NCBI RefSeq assembly: GCF_004010195.1
Contig: NC_057742.1
Span: 32,315,101 to 32,379,100, forward strand
DNA from: Chiloscyllium plagiosum
Lineage: Eukaryota
Direction of reading: 5' to 3'
Length of the DNA: 64,000 nucleotides
Under the pieces are notes generated by a model. The model was not told the DNA's origin. It saw nothing but the letters and a program-made list of their open reading frames with translations, and did not search any database. Positions 63,131 through 64,000 of this stretch are shown piece after piece (the first letter of the stretch is position 1; every line of letters begins with the position of its first letter). The translations under genes and the position numbers were made by a program.

Positions 63131-64000
63131 AAAATGATTGCATATTTTTTGATAGGATTAGAGGAAAAGTAGGGGGAGAAATTTCATGTAGAGCATGAAC
63201 ACTGGTATGGACTTGTTGGGCCAAATGACCTGATTTAATTGTGAACATCCTATGAAATGTTCCTTACTTTCAGTGATGTGGTTCTGGGTAACCTAGAATA
63301 CATAGGCGCTGCATTCATTCTTCTTCCAAAGATGCATCACATCAACAACTTTCATTAATATAGCACCTTTTAAAAATGTATGAAAACAATGATAGTGCAC
63401 TTCACAGGGACATTAGAAATGACAATTTGACGTAGAAAATATTAGGATGTGGAGCCAAGCCTGATCAAAGGTAAAAGTTTGGAGGTGTATTTTGATGGAG
63501 AGAGTTGAGAGAAAGGCAGGGAGGAAATTCCACAGCTTCTAATTTCTCTGTATTCAATTTCAACTGCAATTGACTTCCCATTACATGGCATACAAATTGA
63601 CTAAAGATACAGACCACATTCAAAAACTAATAGCTACTCTATAAAGGTGCTCCAGGGGTAGGACTTGAAACTGGGGCCTCTGGCTTAAATGAACCTAAAT
63701 ACTGGTGGTACATAAGAGTAAAGGATATGAAAGGTAAAGAATTCCTAAAATATATTGGTCAGTTTAAGTAATTAGGATGTTGTTAATGAATATAGAATAA
63801 TATCATGCTCAATCTAGGTCTAGGGAATGAAAATAGCAGTAATTGAACAATGCATTCAAGACACAAATAGATTGGATGCAAGGTACGCTTAGTTGCACCA
63901 GGAGTGGGCTCTTGTGATGCAGTGGTAGTCCCCCTGCCTCAGGGACAGAATATCTGGATTCAAGACCTGTCTGCCCCAGAGATGTGTCTTAACATGTCTG

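Overview
Vertebrate genomic DNA, most likely a cartilaginous fish (inferred from the repeat families and interferon gene structure; species not determinable). The core content is a cluster of four intact, intron-containing type I interferon genes reconstructed by hand: IFN-A (12571-16350, -), IFN-B (34089-36130, -), IFN-C (44149-45534, +) and IFN-D (52759-55539, +). The labels A-D are mine. All four have 4 coding exons and 3 phase-0 GT-AG introns. IFN-A has lost both partners of the C1-C3 disulphide, keeps C2-C4 and has an extra unpaired Cys. IFN-C and IFN-D encode identical, strongly cationic mature proteins but have diverged promoters and a patchy identity profile suggestive of gene conversion. 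The rest is repeat-rich: CR1, Tx1 and Rex1/Babar LINEs, a Gmr1-like Gypsy LTR element with a nested solo LTR, tRNA-derived SINEs, and many short palindromic Penelope-like elements. These last carry minimal hammerhead ribozyme motifs and 13-16 bp target-site duplications, and several lie inside interferon introns. There is one 500-N assembly gap. All comparisons were done by eye, with no database search.
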